Shown here piece after piece: positions 1-11,393 of a DNA stretch of 64,000 nucleotides. The position numbers were made by a program, and so were the translations under genes. A model generated the notes under the pieces. The model had not been told where the DNA came from, ran no database searches, and saw only the letters and a list, made by a program, of their open reading frames with translations. Position 1 is the stretch's first letter; each line of letters opens with the position of its first letter. This DNA comes from Antedon mediterranea (Eukaryota; Animalia; Echinodermata): the NCBI RefSeq assembly GCF_964355755.1, contig NC_092672.1:29208437-29272436 (forward strand), in the 5' to 3' direction.

Positions 1-966
1 TTATGAATTTCCCGTATTCAACATAGATTGAAAACCATATAACTATGTAAGTTGAAACTAGGCAAAAGTTTAATTTATATCTTGCACTAACTTTTTGTGC
101 ACTAAAAATGGCATTTTTTAAACGAAGTTACGCGCGCACGCGCATTTAAAATTTAAAATGCGCAAAATTAATTTCTAATCAACTTTCTACGCTGATCATG
201 ACATTTTGAGCATGTCAAAAATTCCAACGCGCGCGAACAATTTTACGCGCGTGGTCCGCACGTAGCGCTAAAAACATCTTTTTTTGCGTGAATTATCTCT
301 TTCCAGCCTCTTATAGTAATTTTATCAAATTTTAAAACAATTTAGACTTAAAATTACGTCATACGAGCACGTCGAATTATACAATTTGTGCGTGTTTTTA
401 AAGAAATAATTCAAAAATTCGTCAAAATTATGCCTTTTTTTAAACAATCATAGATTCTAAACTACAAGGTAAACTTTTTTTTACTTACATATTCTGGAAG
501 GTGATGAGTTGTAGATATAGGATCATTAATCAATATGGCTAACCGGACATTGTGACATCATCGTATGGCCACACGAATGTAAAATATATGATTTTTGTCT
601 CTTTCGTTTATTGCTCATCACAATAAATGGAGCGCATCACGTTTATCTGTATTCCTTTTTCTCCGAGATTTTAATATTGTCTAGGTCAATCAACTATCTG
701 ATGCATGTTAAAAATATTTAATTTTTATGACATAATCATGCCTAAAAATTTAAATTACGTGTATACAGATTATACTGTGTACTTTAAAATGTATATACTA
801 TATGACACAAAATAGACAGAATTTAGCACTAACAACATATCATATTCTTTAGTTCAGGTCATAATGCCATAATTTTTTTCTGTGTGCAACATTCCAACGT
901 ATGACGTGCACGTGGCGTTTGTCGAGCGGATAACTAACTCGTCAAAGTGACGAGTTTCATGTCTAG
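1..966 (+). mobile_element. Non-autonomous Helitron-like element, copy 1 (5' part cut by window edge)
   Basis: Ends with a perfect hairpin AACTCGTCA-aag-TGACGAGTT (936-956), then CTAG (963-966) 6 nt later followed by T, the canonical rolling-circle 3' end. Homologous throughout to 1124-2427. Confidence 0.7.
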
Positions 967-2427
967 TTCTTCTTTCCATCCTTCCTTTTTGTGGATCGCG
1001 TTTCTCTAAAATGTGTAAACATAACATTTCTTAACTTTGACAACATATGGGCATTTACGTGAAGTTGTGCACCTCCTATTTTTAAATGACGTCATAGTTG
1101 CGCAACGTGACTTACGCGCAATTTTATGAATTTCAATGATTGATCATAGATTAAAAACCAAAAGTCATTTAGTATTGACACTTTGACAAAATTTAAGTCA
1201 TATCAGGGGCAAACTTTCTACGGATTAAAAATGGCATGTTTCACAAGAAGTTACGCGCGCACGCGCATTTAAAATTTCAAAATGCGCAAAATTAATTTCT
1301 AATCAACTTTTTATGCGTTTCTTGTCATTTTGAGCATGTCAAAAATTCCCACGGGCGCGCAATTTTTTACGCACGCGGTGCGCACGTAGCGTTAAAAACA
1401 TATTTTTTTCTCTTGCATTATATTTTTCAAGCCTTTCCTAGTAATTTTGAAAACAATTTAGACCTTTTCCAATTTAAATAACACCATACGAACACGTTGA
1501 ATTAAACATTTCATGCGCGTTTTTTATGAAAAAGCTTAAAAAATCGTCAAAATGTTGTCTTTTTTTAAACAGTCATAGTTTCTAAAGTAACATTGTGACG
1601 TCATCGTATGGCCACACGAATGTAAAATATAGGATTTTTGTCTCTTTCGTTATTGCTCATCACATTCAATGGAGCGAATCACGCTTATCTGTATTCCTTT
1701 TTCTCTTACATTTATATATTGTGTAGGTCAGTCAACTTTCTTTAGCATGAGATAAAAATATTTAAATTTTTATGACGTCATCATGCCTAAAAATTTCAAT
1801 TACGTGGGTCATTAATTTCATCTTTACAGTAAATTTTATTCTGTAATAGCTCGTAAGAATAAAATGTGATAATCACGATTAAAACGTTTTTTGGAAGCTA
1901 TTGGATTGTAGATACGAATTCATGTAAACATTTTGCCAATCGGATGTTGTGACGTCATCATATGGCCAGTTGAATAAAAAAAGTTGTATTTTCATATTTT
2001 GCGTAATAGTTCATCACATTTAAAAGGGTGCGCATCTATATTTTACGTATTCAAATTTCTTCTACACGTTAATATGTTGTTCCTAAGATAATTTCCTTCT
2101 GAAATTGCTATCTAAGTGTTTCATTTTGATACCGTCACCATGTTAAAAATTGGAATAAATGGCGGGTCCCGTAATTTCACCTATTCTACACTGTATGTAA
2201 TATGTATACAGATTATACTGTAGTGTTTGCATGTATATACTATATGACACAAAATCGACAGAATTCAGCACTAACAGCATATCATATTCTTCAGTTCTTG
2301 TCATAATGCCATATAATAATATAATAATAATCTTTATCTGTGTGCAATATTCCAACGTATGACGTGCACGTGGCGTTTGTCGTGGTGCGGATAACTAACT
2401 CGTCAAAGTGACAAGTTTCATGTCTAG
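967..2427 (+). mobile_element. Non-autonomous Helitron-like element, copy 2 (head-to-tail with copy 1)
   Basis: Diverged repeat of 1-966 (e.g. gaagttacgcgcgcacgcgcatttaaaattt at ~124 and ~1247). Same 3' hairpin with one mismatch and CTAG at 2424-2427. Extra internal subrepeat (tgtgacgtcatc..tatggcca at ~1594 and ~1948). Confidence 0.7.
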
Positions 2428-2599
2428 TTTAACTCTTTTTCTTATTGTGTGATTTCTGTATGGTGGCACTGAAAGATAAGGGTGTATCAATTTGATCTCT
2501 GTTGCATGTGTGTGTGTCTACAATGAGACCTTGTATTGTTCTGCAATATTATGGCAAGGGTGTTAAAATTGAATTTAAACTATATATCATGAAAACCCC

Positions 2600-2690
2600 A
2601 GTGGTCTATCTAATAATGATATCTGAGTTTGAATCTTGGTTGGGGTGGTGGCTTTTTCTCATTCTCACAGATTTCTTCATCTTTATCATT
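2600..2690 (+). mobile_element. tRNA-derived SINE fragment
   Basis: B-box-like gagtttgaatc followed by tttttctcattctcacagatttc, shared with the copy at ~30970-31065. Confidence 0.4.
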
Positions 2691-3853
2691 TTAAATTAAT
2701 TAATTGATAATCAGTATATCATCAGGCGATTTAAAATTTGTAGTGTGAGTGTCTGTTGATTTGTATTTTATATCTAATACAGTATTTGTAAATGAATCCG
2801 TATATTCATTAAAAACATTTTTTTTGTTCATTCTTCATTACATTTTAATTTCAATTGAATGTTGATAATTCAAATATTATAAAGTACAAACCAGGAAAAG
2901 CACTGTAAATTATATAGTATTGTATTATTTATTTGTTTTACAACTGTACATTTCTACATGTCATGGGCTGATAACACTATATCCTTTTCAGGTCAGCTAA
3001 ATAGCATTTGGTTGAATAACCTTCAACAATACAATCACAGCTAAACTAAATACAATTAACATTCCTACATGGCTGGCATTTCTACCATATCCTCAAATAT
3101 CTATATTATTAAGCAGACTATTGCTTTCAATACCTAGTATTTTTAAGGGGATCTGCAGGTCTTGTGAGTTTTTAGGTTCCTGCATTCATTTACTTGTAAA
3201 TGCAACTGTTGAGTCAAAAATTCATTCAATTTACTCATGTTTATACCTTGTAAACAATTAATGCTATAATGTTATACTATACAGTATAAAAACTACTGAA
3301 TTATTTCAAGAACATTCTGAAATTAAATACTGTAGCAAATTGAATTTATCAAGTTTATGGGATGAGGTTAATCCACTTTACATATCCATGGATCATTGGG
3401 GATTAAATTTGGGTTAGGTGGGCGTAGGTAGAATGGTTTTTCCCAGGATATTTGTTTTGTCTGCTTTTTTGTGTAGAGGTACTTAAAAATTAGGGTTTTT
3501 TTTATTATATTTTTTTTTCATTAGTAAATTTAATTTTAAAATTGAACTCTATCTTCAAATGGTTCTTAAATTTTTTTGGTTGACATGAGGTGCAGGTTCA
3601 GTTTTGTATGTGTTATGATTTTATGACTTAATGTCTATATAAGGGTTGTCAAAATTGAGACGGATGTAGTTTATGGGTTCATTTGTATAGGTTTCCTGCC
3701 AAAAATACCAGCTATACATCCGGCTGGTTCTTACAGTTTTTCCTCCACAAGGAAATAAAGTTTTTAATAGTAGACATATATTTGAGGTGTGACAATTAAT
3801 AAACAAGAAATATTTCTTACAAAAAACGCTGCTCGCTTATTGACGTAACAGTT

Positions 3854-4035
3854 TTAAAGATATATTGTCCCTCTGAAAAATATTTTTTATTTCAAATTTG
3901 TTTTTGAATGTGTCATTTTATTGTCACATTATAGTTATTCAACCTGAAAAAAATGTAATTAAAAACAAAAAATACTTCAATTGTCTGTCAGACAATGGTT
4001 TTTGAGTTATAATTAAACGTTTCTTTTCTCTTTTT
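3854..4035 (+). mobile_element. Kolobok-like MITE, partial copy
   Basis: Begins ttaaagatatattgtccc and is homologous to the intact copy at 54720-55055. Confidence 0.6.
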
Positions 4036-4759
4036 ATAATGTGAATTTTGTTACAGAAGTGAATAACTTTGATGGAGACAGACTCAATTTAGTTTATTTT
4101 ATTGCTAAGGTCAAGTCTGGGGTCACTACATCACACCTTAGATACTTCAAGTTTGAAGTATCATATTACAAACAAAAACTTGCATGGACTGTTTTGATAA
4201 TAATTCAATGATTATATGACAGCGAAATACAGTATTGTCATGGGACTCATAAATACCAGAAATGCAGCTGGTACCTATAAATTATAGTCGAGTTTCCATT
4301 TTAGCAAAAATGTCAAAGTGTAGTACTATAACTGCTGCTTGATTTCATCTAATAAATGAGTCATCTCGTGTGACGTAACAGGCTAGAGCAGCAGCGTGAA
4401 AACATATGTATAGCATTTTTTCCTTTGGTAAACCATAAAACTACTATTTTGCTACATTTCGGCAATTCGGCTACTAGAATCCTTGTTCAATTTGAGTGAC
4501 GTGTTGATTGTACTGTATATCTATGTGTTTCGGTGCTGTCTAGTGCCACCACTTGTTCTTGTGTCAGATTTTTGCTGGTGTTCCCCCTTGGATGTGTTGA
4601 TGTCCTGGGTGAAACCATGGACCTATAAATTTTATAGACCCATGTTGCAACGAAGTATAATATGTGAATGTGTTTGTGTCCTCCCTGGTTTCTGTTCATG
4701 TTGTTTTCTGTTCTGATTCAGAATGAAAAAAATAGTTGGAAATAAATTTAGATGTACAA

Positions 4760-4930
4760 GAGACCTGCTGCATCCTTGCATATAGCCATGTTGCAGCGCT
4801 ATCTGTAGGGTTGTCTGTTCAATTCGTATAATATGCCAGAGATAGGACAACATAGAAACAATGATTTTTTAAATTAAAGTTGCTTTCGCATCTGATTCTG
4901 TCCAGTGTCCTGAGAAATATATCGTGGAAT
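4760..4930 (-). mobile_element. Highly degenerate RTE-like LINE C-terminal remnant
   Basis: Minus-strand peptides DRIRCE...LSYLWHIIRIEQTTLQIALQHGYMQGCSR resemble the RTE ORF C-terminus (DRIRN...L.WFGH..RM...PKIAL.G.V.G.R). Recognised by eye only. Confidence 0.35.
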
Positions 4931-4990
4931 ATAGGTTCAGTGGTAAAACATATGATCTTTCAGACCAAATTCATACGATTTGAATATGTA

Positions 4991-5854
4991 CCGTATATTT
5001 TGGTGTATAAGTCACACTTTTGACACGCAAATTTGACCTCTAAATTAAGGGTGCGTCTTATACACCGAACATAAATGCCTCACCACACAGGATTGTACAT
5101 AGGCCTATCGTCACCTCGTTTGCTAGGCCTGAGGCTGAGTAGGCTAAGCCTAGCTACAGTATACTAACGTAACGGCAACCTGCTGCCTAGTTTTCAAGGC
5201 ATTTTAGCATGATGTTATACTAAATATGATGAAAAGATTTATTCATTATGGAGCTGCTGTTTTAGGCGATCCGATAAAATTTCATTTCTAAACGTTTACG
5301 ATTGGAATAGGCTATTTATAGTTATACGCACGATCACCGACCGCCGTACCCCCAGCGCAAGCCCTTCTTGGGCGGCCACATGGTGTACGGTATTCGACTA
5401 GTATATTCTCCAGGTGATTATAGCATGGACCTAGCGTACACACTTCTCGGATACATAGATACTAATCGAATACGATTGTCCGTGAAAACGTGCGCCTTCT
5501 CGAAATGATCGATCGAGGCTAGCCCACACACACGTACGTGTTACACACACGGTCATGCACTCGATGTTGTTGGTTGCGGGTGCGAAACTCATGAATAACA
5601 AGTTAGAAAGAACTTGTTGAGGCTGGGCGCGGCCGAGCCTAGGTTAGAAAAAACCTAAATAAAGGACGCCGTTGTAGGTATAAAAAAATATATTATTACA
5701 ATAATATTGATTACAATTTAAAAAAACATTGTTTTGATAAAATATAAGGTGCGTCTTACTGTATACATCGACGATATAAAAAATACCGATATTTTACTCT
5801 CAGTTAGGGGGTGCGTCTTATACACAGGTGCGACTTATACACCGAAATATACGA
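4991..5854. mobile_element. Non-autonomous Tc2/pogo-like DNA transposon
   Basis: ~27 bp imperfect TIRs (ta|ccgtatattttggtgtataagtcacac ... gtgcgacttatacaccgaaatatacga). Subterminal ggtgcgtctta repeats at ~5050, ~5748 and ~5809; relatively GC-rich interior. Confidence 0.75.
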
Positions 5855-6447
5855 TGATTCGGAGCGGTGGATTAACTTGGCTGAAATCGCATGGGAGCAA
5901 TGCATGAATGACCTCACTTGACAATCGATAACGGAATTCATGCTTGATGTGAAAGCAAGCTTAACTCTCACTGCATTTTTCTGAGGGCGCCGGACCGAGT
6001 CTGGACGTGGTGTGAAATTAGATAGCTTTTGGGTTTGCTGTTCACAGGTGGTAAAGAATGCTTTTCACCATCATGGTTTAGTATAGTGTGCAACAATCAG
6101 TCAATGATATGCAATATTATAATTATGTGAAATTTAAACAAAAATGTTGCTTGAACTTTATCGCCTATAGCTTCTTAAAAATATGCATATTCACTGTGAA
6201 TTTCATGTGTCTATTACCTGTATTGTGATGTTTGACCACTAGGCCTACTTTAAAATTATAATGGTATCAGGGCTCGCAGAATCCTAAAATATTTGGTTGC
6301 CCTTCGGGCAAGTAGGTTCTAGCTTTTGGTTGCCCTCATCATTTTTTACTTGCCCACTATTTTAACTTAATTTTAACGTTTTACAAGAATTTTACCGCGA
6401 CTGCACCGCGAAAATAACGTCGGTGACAAACGCCTAATTTTAAATGA

Positions 6448-6900
6448 GTGGCCGAGTGGTTAAGACAGTAGAACTGTTATCTATAACCATAATATCAGTC
6501 AAGAGTTTGAGGATCACTCGCTCCATGGTAGAACAAGTCTTTTTCTCAGATAAAGACTAATTAACCATAGGTAATACACGTACAAATGTTTTTGAGCACT
6601 CGCAGCTCACTTGCTCCATGGTAGAACAAGTCTTTTTTCAAAATAAAGACTAATTAACCATAGGTAATACACCTACAAATGTTTTTGAGCACTCGCAGCT
6701 CACTCGCTCCATGATAGAACAAGTCTTTTTGTCAGATAAAGACTTATACCATACTGTAGGTGATACACAGAAATGATTATTGTGCACTTTAGATCATCGT
6801 TATACAAATAGGGTTGAGTTATCCCGGTGTTACTACATCATCACAGCGACTGTGGTGGAAAGACAAGGGAGCACATGAATTGGCAACACTGACATGAAGT
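6448..6900 (+). mobile_element. SINE-like element with ~92 bp internal triplication
   Basis: A-box-like gtggccgagtggttaag at 6448. Unit cactcgctccatggtagaacaagtc...gagcactcgcagct starts at ~6516, ~6608 and ~6701. Confidence 0.5.
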
Positions 6901-7334
6901 CACCCTAGGGAAGAAGCATTGTTGAAAAGTGTAAAGTCCATAAGCAATGATTGTTGGAATTGCCGTTGTACAAATGGACATTATCATTGTTACCTACCAT
7001 AAGCCTGTATTTGTTTGAGAGATTAGATGGTAATTGATCTATTTACCATTATAGGTTGTTATTTATTTAGGAGTTAAGAGCACTTTTTCTTTGTACTTCA
7101 TTGTTGTAGGAGGAGCATAGATTTAAATCTTATTGAATGAATGTTGCAGATTTTATTGGAGTTGATAAAGTTGCTCAGGAAAATGTAATGAACAATGAAG
7201 GCCTCTTGAACAATTCAATGAACTATTCTTTAGACAATATAGTAGCACTTGAAAACTAAATCGACAAATAAAAAAATCCCTGTCGAGTAAATCCAGACAT
7301 GTTGAGGGTGGACCAGTTTTATACAACAAGGTGT

Positions 7335-7700
7335 GTACCATGTTTGTGGTCAGGAAAACTATGTTTGGTCAAGTATTTGTCATGTTGACCATGTTTTGTC
7401 AAGTTGTGACTTTGGTAAAGTTTTACCATGTTTGGTAAAGTTTCACCATGTTTGGTAAGGTTTCACTATGTTTGGTAAGGTTTCACCACATTTGGTAAAG
7501 TTTCACCATGTTTGGTAAGGTTTCACTATGTTTGGTAAGGTTTCACCATGTTTGGTAAGATTTCACCATGTTTGGTAAGGTTTCACTATGTTTGGTAAGG
7601 TTTCACCATGTTTGGTAAAGTTTCACCATGTTTGGTATTTAGTTTTAACATGTTTGGTCAAATTGGACCATGTTTCGTCAGGTTGGCCATGTTTGGTCAA
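7335..7700. repeat. 20 bp minisatellite (tttcaccatgtttggtaagg)
   Basis: About 10 near-perfect units at 7421-7637 with degenerate flanking units. Confidence 0.95.
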
Positions 7701-8059
7701 CTACACAACTCCTATATCTTTCAGGGCAGTAGATGAAAGAAGTAATGTAATTTATTAGACCGTGACGGTTGTAACATGTCTGTTGTAAATGCGCTTTGAA
7801 TGATGTAATAAAACTGTGTTCTTTCTGGTTGTCGGACAAACGTTACAAAATATTGGGTTGGTACGCATCAATTTTGTTGTATAAATTACAGTCTACCATC
7901 TCAAGCAACGCATTCGAGGCAGGATCTTGTTTTTTGTCCCTTTTTTAAATTTTTTATTTCATTTCCAAACATACTGTCATCTGAGACAACAATATCAGTT
8001 GTCTCAGTCATGATAATTGTTGTACAGTATTTTATGTATTGTATTGCTGTTACTGCAGT

Positions 8060-8470
8060 AATAATAATAATAGTTCATTCTTAAGCTTGGTTCCCACAAT
8101 GCAAGCGTTTCAACCAATGACAAGCGAAGTTATAGACAGTTAGCAATCACAAGCGAATAAGCCATTGGTCAATTCACTTGCGTTGCGTTACGTCCTTGTG
8201 TTGCGTCGCTAGTGGGAACCACGCTTTATATAGCGCTCTACAAGCAAGCTTCTCTAAGCGCTGAACATTATTACCCCAGTCATTTTTTTAATCAAACACA
8301 TATGGAAACATACTCCCATAATGCAGCTAGTAATCAGCGCAAAGTTGTATCTTCATCTAACCAGGTACCCATTTATACACCTGGGTGGAGAGAGGCAAAC
8401 GTAAGTAAAGTATCTTACCTAAGGATACAAGCAATGCGGCGAGAGTTGAATTAGAACCTCGGTCTCACGA
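8060..8470 (-). mobile_element. tRNA-SINE with (TTA)n tail, interrupted by a MITE
   Basis: aataataataat tail, tatagcgct...aagcgct 3' motif, and central ccaggtacccatttatacacctgggtggagagaggca motif. Related fragments at ~37905-38020 and ~47370-47490. Confidence 0.7.
8084..8225. mobile_element. PIF/Harbinger-type MITE family A
   Basis: TIR agcttggttcccac / gtgggaaccacgct with TTA duplicated on both sides. Reverse-complement homolog of 47844-48022. Confidence 0.85.
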
Positions 8471-11345
8471 TTTTACTGAAATAATAGATAATTGTGATGT
8501 GTTTGTAGAAGTTTCTGAGACAGTCGCTTTACTAATCCGTGTGTATGGCTACCAAAAAAAAACTTGATAAATAATTGCATTAAACATTTAATATAGCAAA
8601 CAAAATCTAGTTAATGCATTTACTGCAGTATAATAAATTTTACATGGTCTCTATGGTATTTTAATGAGTTTATTCAAAAATTGATTTTCCATCAGTAATG
8701 GTTGTTTATACAACTGTAATGTCATTCTCAAATCTTTGTATAAATATTGTTGTATTTAATATCATCTCCATATAAACAATGTAAGATAAACAGTTTAATT
8801 TATATTAGAGCCTGTTTACACATATGGCATAGACTACGACTTGCGTAGCCTACGACTTGCGTGGCCTACGCCTTGTGTGTGAATTTGGCAGTGGCATTAT
8901 TAACGCAACTCACTACGCCACATCCGTGGCATTATTAACAACAGCCACATACCCCATCTTAACTAACGCCACGGAGCTAACTCCAGCGACGCTAGAATGA
9001 TTTTGACCTTTATTTCAAGATATTTACCAATTCTTGTTTTTTACTCTATGTATTGTACATGATATAAAAACAAGCTATTCAGCTGCTCTCTGCTCGATCT
9101 AAAAGCGCATGAATTGTTTAGGGTGAAATAAAAGTAAATTATGGCCAAAAGCCTATAAGAGTTTTTTTTTCGCGAAAGAATTGATTTATTTAAATATTAA
9201 ATATATTTTTGAACAGACAAATGCCAGAAATCTTGGAGAGTCCGTTCCCAGAGTGCCGTATACTGAACTGTAGCCTATGGTTGTCTCTCTAGTCGTTATA
9301 TAGTATCTCTATGATTTTACTGAAATCTCTCGTGTTCACTCGTGTATATAAATTATTAAGAGGATTCCCAGGGTGGTAGTTAGACTAATGTAGCATTCAG
9401 TCTATGATCATTCGTAGAAAAGCAGTTCTGAGATATATAGCATTGATTATTTTTAACAGCAGACTCGTTATTTCATTTTATCTATCTGCACAATTTTTAA
9501 TGGAAATAGAAAAACTCCAATCTGCCCAATAGTAATTCTGAAATTAATAAATATTGAAACAACACACAAAGATGCCAAAGCTTCCAAAAGGGATTTGAGC
9601 TCCTACACTTCTGTTTGATATGCATACAAACCTACAGTACCATTAAACCACCTGGGTTTTGGCTTGTTTTAGGTATGTGTGGATAATAGTTAATACATTC
9701 TTTTTCACTGATATATTCCCAGTTCTCTGTTGCATAAAATCAAAATGATATAGGAGTAAAATCCTATATATTAAGTGAACATCTTCAAGACCCAAAACAG
9801 TGTGGAATGTAGGTTGGCTGTATATTGTACCTCGATTGTTTAAAACTAGAAAGTGCATTTCCTTTAAAAGAGGTATCTCCTGAATAGGAGTATCCCAAAT
9901 AAGGTTTGTACTGTAGCCCCTTCTTTAGCATAGAGATAGAGATATCTGAAGGGTTGCTAGATTGTGGTAGTTGAAGACTGCTTAAAAGCATTTATTAACC
10001 CATGCAGGAATCCATTCGCTGCACGCAAGGCGCAAAATCACTTGCATATGACTCGGATATGGAACTAGGTGTCATGACTATATAAGATAAGATAAGATAA
10101 CTTTTATTGATCCTCAAAAAGGAAATTCATTGCTCGTCACAATAACAAAGAAAACACAATAAAAACAAATATAGCATAAAACCATTCATATAAAAACATC
10201 TAAAAAATTACAAGATAAAATTATATAGTAGCTTTTGTGTGATTAGACCACTAGTTGATGTATATTATTGATTATAGTAAATTACTGTACCTTAACTAAG
10301 TGTCCCCTTCCCTTAATAGAGGGTTTTTTCTTATAACAGGGGGATCTAATGTTAAAACATTGCCCTTATTCGTTTCACATAAAAGTGTCGTTTATAACAG
10401 TTTTCCTAAATAGAACAAATTCCCTGGATAGAGGTTTTGCCAGAAAAGAGGGGTTCCCTGAATAGGGGTTACTGCAGTTGAAGGAATATGTGTTTCACTT
10501 ACCATATTTACTGTATTTAGCCAGCATATTAATAATACAACTATAAAATGCCTGAATGCATGGGGGAGTGAACTTTCTTTGACACCAGAGAATCAATAAT
10601 TGCTGTAAGATTTAAAATGCATACATGTTCTAAATAATTATTAATGTAAAAATTCATAAATCATTTCTGAGGGTATGCATGTTGCAAAGAATAATCATAA
10701 ATCATTTCTTGTAACTGTAGGGTTGCATGTTGATTTTCCATAGCAAACAATTCAGCTTTTTTAGATGTTTTAGAATGTACTACTGTAGCTCACATCTAGG
10801 GTTTTAGCGGAGATGTCCGTAGAGTAATCCTGTTTAAATGACTTTATACATGTCACTGATGGAATAAACCGGACAATGTACTGTATGTGCATTAAAACCA
10901 CTTCCAGTTTTGATAAGCACTGTTCAATGGTTCGAAGAAATCACAAATCTCTGGATCTAACCAAAAAATGTCAAAAGAAAATCCTGTTGAATTTGTCGCT
11001 TGAACGCTGTACACACTTATTATAACCACTATAGTACATTTTCCACAATCGATTGTCTGTTATTGGTAAGTACTGACGTAGCAATTTTTTCATTGGTTAC
11101 CAAAATTCAAAGAAATCGTGATGGATTTAAGATAATCGGCTTCATTGTCATCTGTAAATATTTATATTAAATGAATGTTGTTAATCTGTATCTGTTTATT
11201 TGAGCTCTGTGCGAAGAAGTCATAAGTTCAGTCTCTCTTGATCTAGCCAAACGTTATAGTATAGTACCTTTTTTAATAATTATCCTTTTGAGAATTGATC
11301 GCCAGACCCAAAACCAACTAACAGTTGGAGCTGTAAGTTAACAAA

Positions 11346-11393
11346 ATGTTAAGTTGTTCTTCCGACGAAGATGTACCAGAAGTAGAATTAAAG
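11346..11393 (+). CDS. PLEKHG5: PLEKHG5-like RhoGEF, candidate first coding exon (MLSCSSDEDVPEVELK)
   Basis: aaaATG context, 16 open codons, AAG|GTAGGA donor. Phase 0 matches the exon at 14829. Homology not recognised. Confidence 0.5.

Noticed and set aside
7770-7846. TGTAAC...AATAAA...GTTACA, resembling a solo LTR
   Set aside because: Only ~77 bp, no TSD, and no PBS/PPT or second copy.
8808-8960. agcctgtttacac Harbinger-like terminus with 19 bp subrepeats
   Set aside because: No matching opposite TIR found, so the element cannot be delimited.
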